In this document: one piece after another, positions 23,216 to 24,415 of the stretch
Position numbering within the stretch: position 1 is the first letter of the stretch
How the letters are laid out: every line of letters begins with the position of its first letter
Virus record (IMG/VR): IMGVR_UViG_3300011338_000116
Span: 1 to 24,415 of that record
Length of the DNA: 24,415 nt
Direction: 5' to 3' (one strand)
From: a virus
Lineage: Duplodnaviria; Caudoviricetes
Notes under the pieces: model-generated
Told to the model about the DNA's origin: nothing
What the model saw: the letters and a program-made list of their open reading frames with translations, nothing else
The model's database searches: none
Translations under genes and position numbers: made by a program

Positions 23216-24415
23216 TCAGTTTCCTTCAAGTTGTGCCACACGGGCGGTTAATTCCTTGACTGCGTTAATCAAGTACCAAGTCAAGTTGTCTGTATCCACA
23301 GTCATTACGCCAGTGGATTCTGTCTTCACGCAATCAGGCAAGACTTGTTGAAGTTCTTGAGCAATCACGCCAAGCTGAACACCAGTTTTTGCAATGGCTT
23401 GGTTTTGAGGTAAGTCTGAGACCTCTTCTGGCAAGCGGTACTCAAAGTTGCGAACACGGATAGACGCTATCTTGCTCAGTCCGTCAGTGTTGTCAACGAT
23501 GTTTTTCTTCAAGCGCTGGTCAGATGTTGTAGACCATGAAGCCGAGTTGTTGCCTTGGTACATACCGCCACCGCCACTAGGGCTAATGATGCCTGTGTTT
23601 GTACCTTTACCCGCTATAAATCGTCCAATAACAATTGAACCACTATTTGTAGCCGCCGCAGTATAAGAGTAAGCCCCAACAATTGTATTAGCGTCTCCTG
23701 TAGTTAGCGCAGTTGAATATTGCCCTGCTTGAAAACCAATAAGCGTATTGTCACCGCCGGTTGTTACGCTGTTTCCCGCTTGATGCCCCACAGCAACGTT
23801 GTTGTTTCCGGTTGTGTTGCTAGTTAAAGCCTGATAACCAATAAATGTGTTGTTGCTACCAGTGGTGTTTGAGTAACCCGCCTCACGGCCCAAGGCCACA
23901 TTGAATGTGCCTGTGGTGTTGAAGCGAAGCGCATTTGAGCCAACTGCCGTACTGTAGCCAACAGTAGTTGCGTAAAGAGCGCGAGTGCCAATTGCAGTAA
24001 TTTCAGGAACAGTTGAAGCCGTGTAAGCAGCCTGATACCCCACAGCGGTGTTGTCGCTGGCGGTGGTGTTGGCATTAAGGGCGTACAAACCAAAAGCAGA
24101 ATTGTTGGAGCCAGTCGTGTTGCTTAACATCGACCATTGACCAAAGGAAGCGTTGTTTGTTCCTGAAGTATTTGCACCCAAAGCATCTCGACCAAACGCA
24201 TCATTGTCTGCCGCAGTGTTGGCATCTAAAGCACCATATCCAACGGCGGTATTATTAGACCCTGTTTGAACAGCCCCTAGTGCATCTAAACCTAATGCCG
24301 TGTTTCTTTGTCCAGTCGTATTGGCATCCAAAGCCTGATAACCAACAGCAACATTGCTTGAGCCTGTCGTATTCGCCGCCAAAGCACTCGTACCAAACGC
24401 AGTGTTGGTAGCCAC
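23216..24415 (-). CDS. Tail fibre/spike with YadA-head-like 14-aa repeats and C-terminal intramolecular chaperone (Peptidase_S74); 5' end truncated by the window
   Basis: Repeated N.A.G..AL..NT.G units; TS|DQRLKKNI cleavage motif; GVIAQEL..VLP..V and LINAVKEL coiled coil. Confidence 0.9.
   Translation of the reverse strand: MATNTAFGTSALAANTTGSSNVAVGYQALDANTTGQRNTALGLDALGAVQTGSNNTAVGYGALDANTAADNDAFGRDALGANTSGTNNASFGQWSMLSNTTGSNNSAFGLYALNANTTASDNTAVGYQAAYTASTVPEITAIGTRALYATTVGYSTAVGSNALRFNTTGTFNVALGREAGYSNTTGSNNTFIGYQALTSNTTGNNNVAVGHQAGNSVTTGGDNTLIGFQAGQYSTALTTGDANTIVGAYSYTAAATNSGSIVIGRFIAGKGTNTGIISPSGGGGMYQGNNSASWSTTSDQRLKKNIVDNTDGLSKIASIRVRNFEYRLPEEVSDLPQNQAIAKTGVQLGVIAQELQQVLPDCVKTESTGVMTVDTDNLTWYLINAVKELTARVAQLEGN

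Noticed and set aside
1-24415. Genome-wide TAG recoding
   Set aside because: Long genes are open in the standard code, TAG ends genes at 6038 and 19903, and only one internal TAG was found.
23216-24415. Tail fibre diversification by a DGR or invertible cassette
   Set aside because: No reverse transcriptase, template repeat or alternative inverted fibre ends in the window; the recombinase is over 21 kb away within the window, and the repeats are ordinary protein-level repeats.

Overview
This window is about 24 kb of a tailed dsDNA phage genome, podovirus-like (P22-type tail and DNA-ejection module). The small gene families resemble those I recall from uncultured freshwater betaproteobacterial phages, so the host is only tentatively inferred. 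Reading the minus strand from right to left: a tail fibre with an S74 chaperone (truncated at the window edge); a six-gene lysis region (T4 T-like holin, a second holin-like gene interrupted by an amber codon, GH108 endolysin); tail proteins; a GNAT-like protein; and five probable virion or ejected proteins, the last carrying a putative HhH-glycosylase-like domain. Next come a small plus-strand early operon with HTH, RHH and wHTH regulators and a replication module (DUF2815 SSB, SNF2 helicase, DUF2800 nuclease, primase-helicase, VRR-NUC) that lacks a DNA polymerase. The left end holds terS, then a serine recombinase and small accessory genes. The most interesting signals are non-coding and plasmid-like: (i) an origin-like region with perfect DnaA boxes and 11-13 bp iterons just downstream of the primase; (ii) a 9-codon leader ORF coupled to the primase start and overlapped by a predicted ~90-nt antisense RNA; (iii) a loop-E-containing structured RNA candidate after ssb. 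No tRNA, rRNA or CRISPR array was seen. All family assignments come from motif recognition, not database searches.
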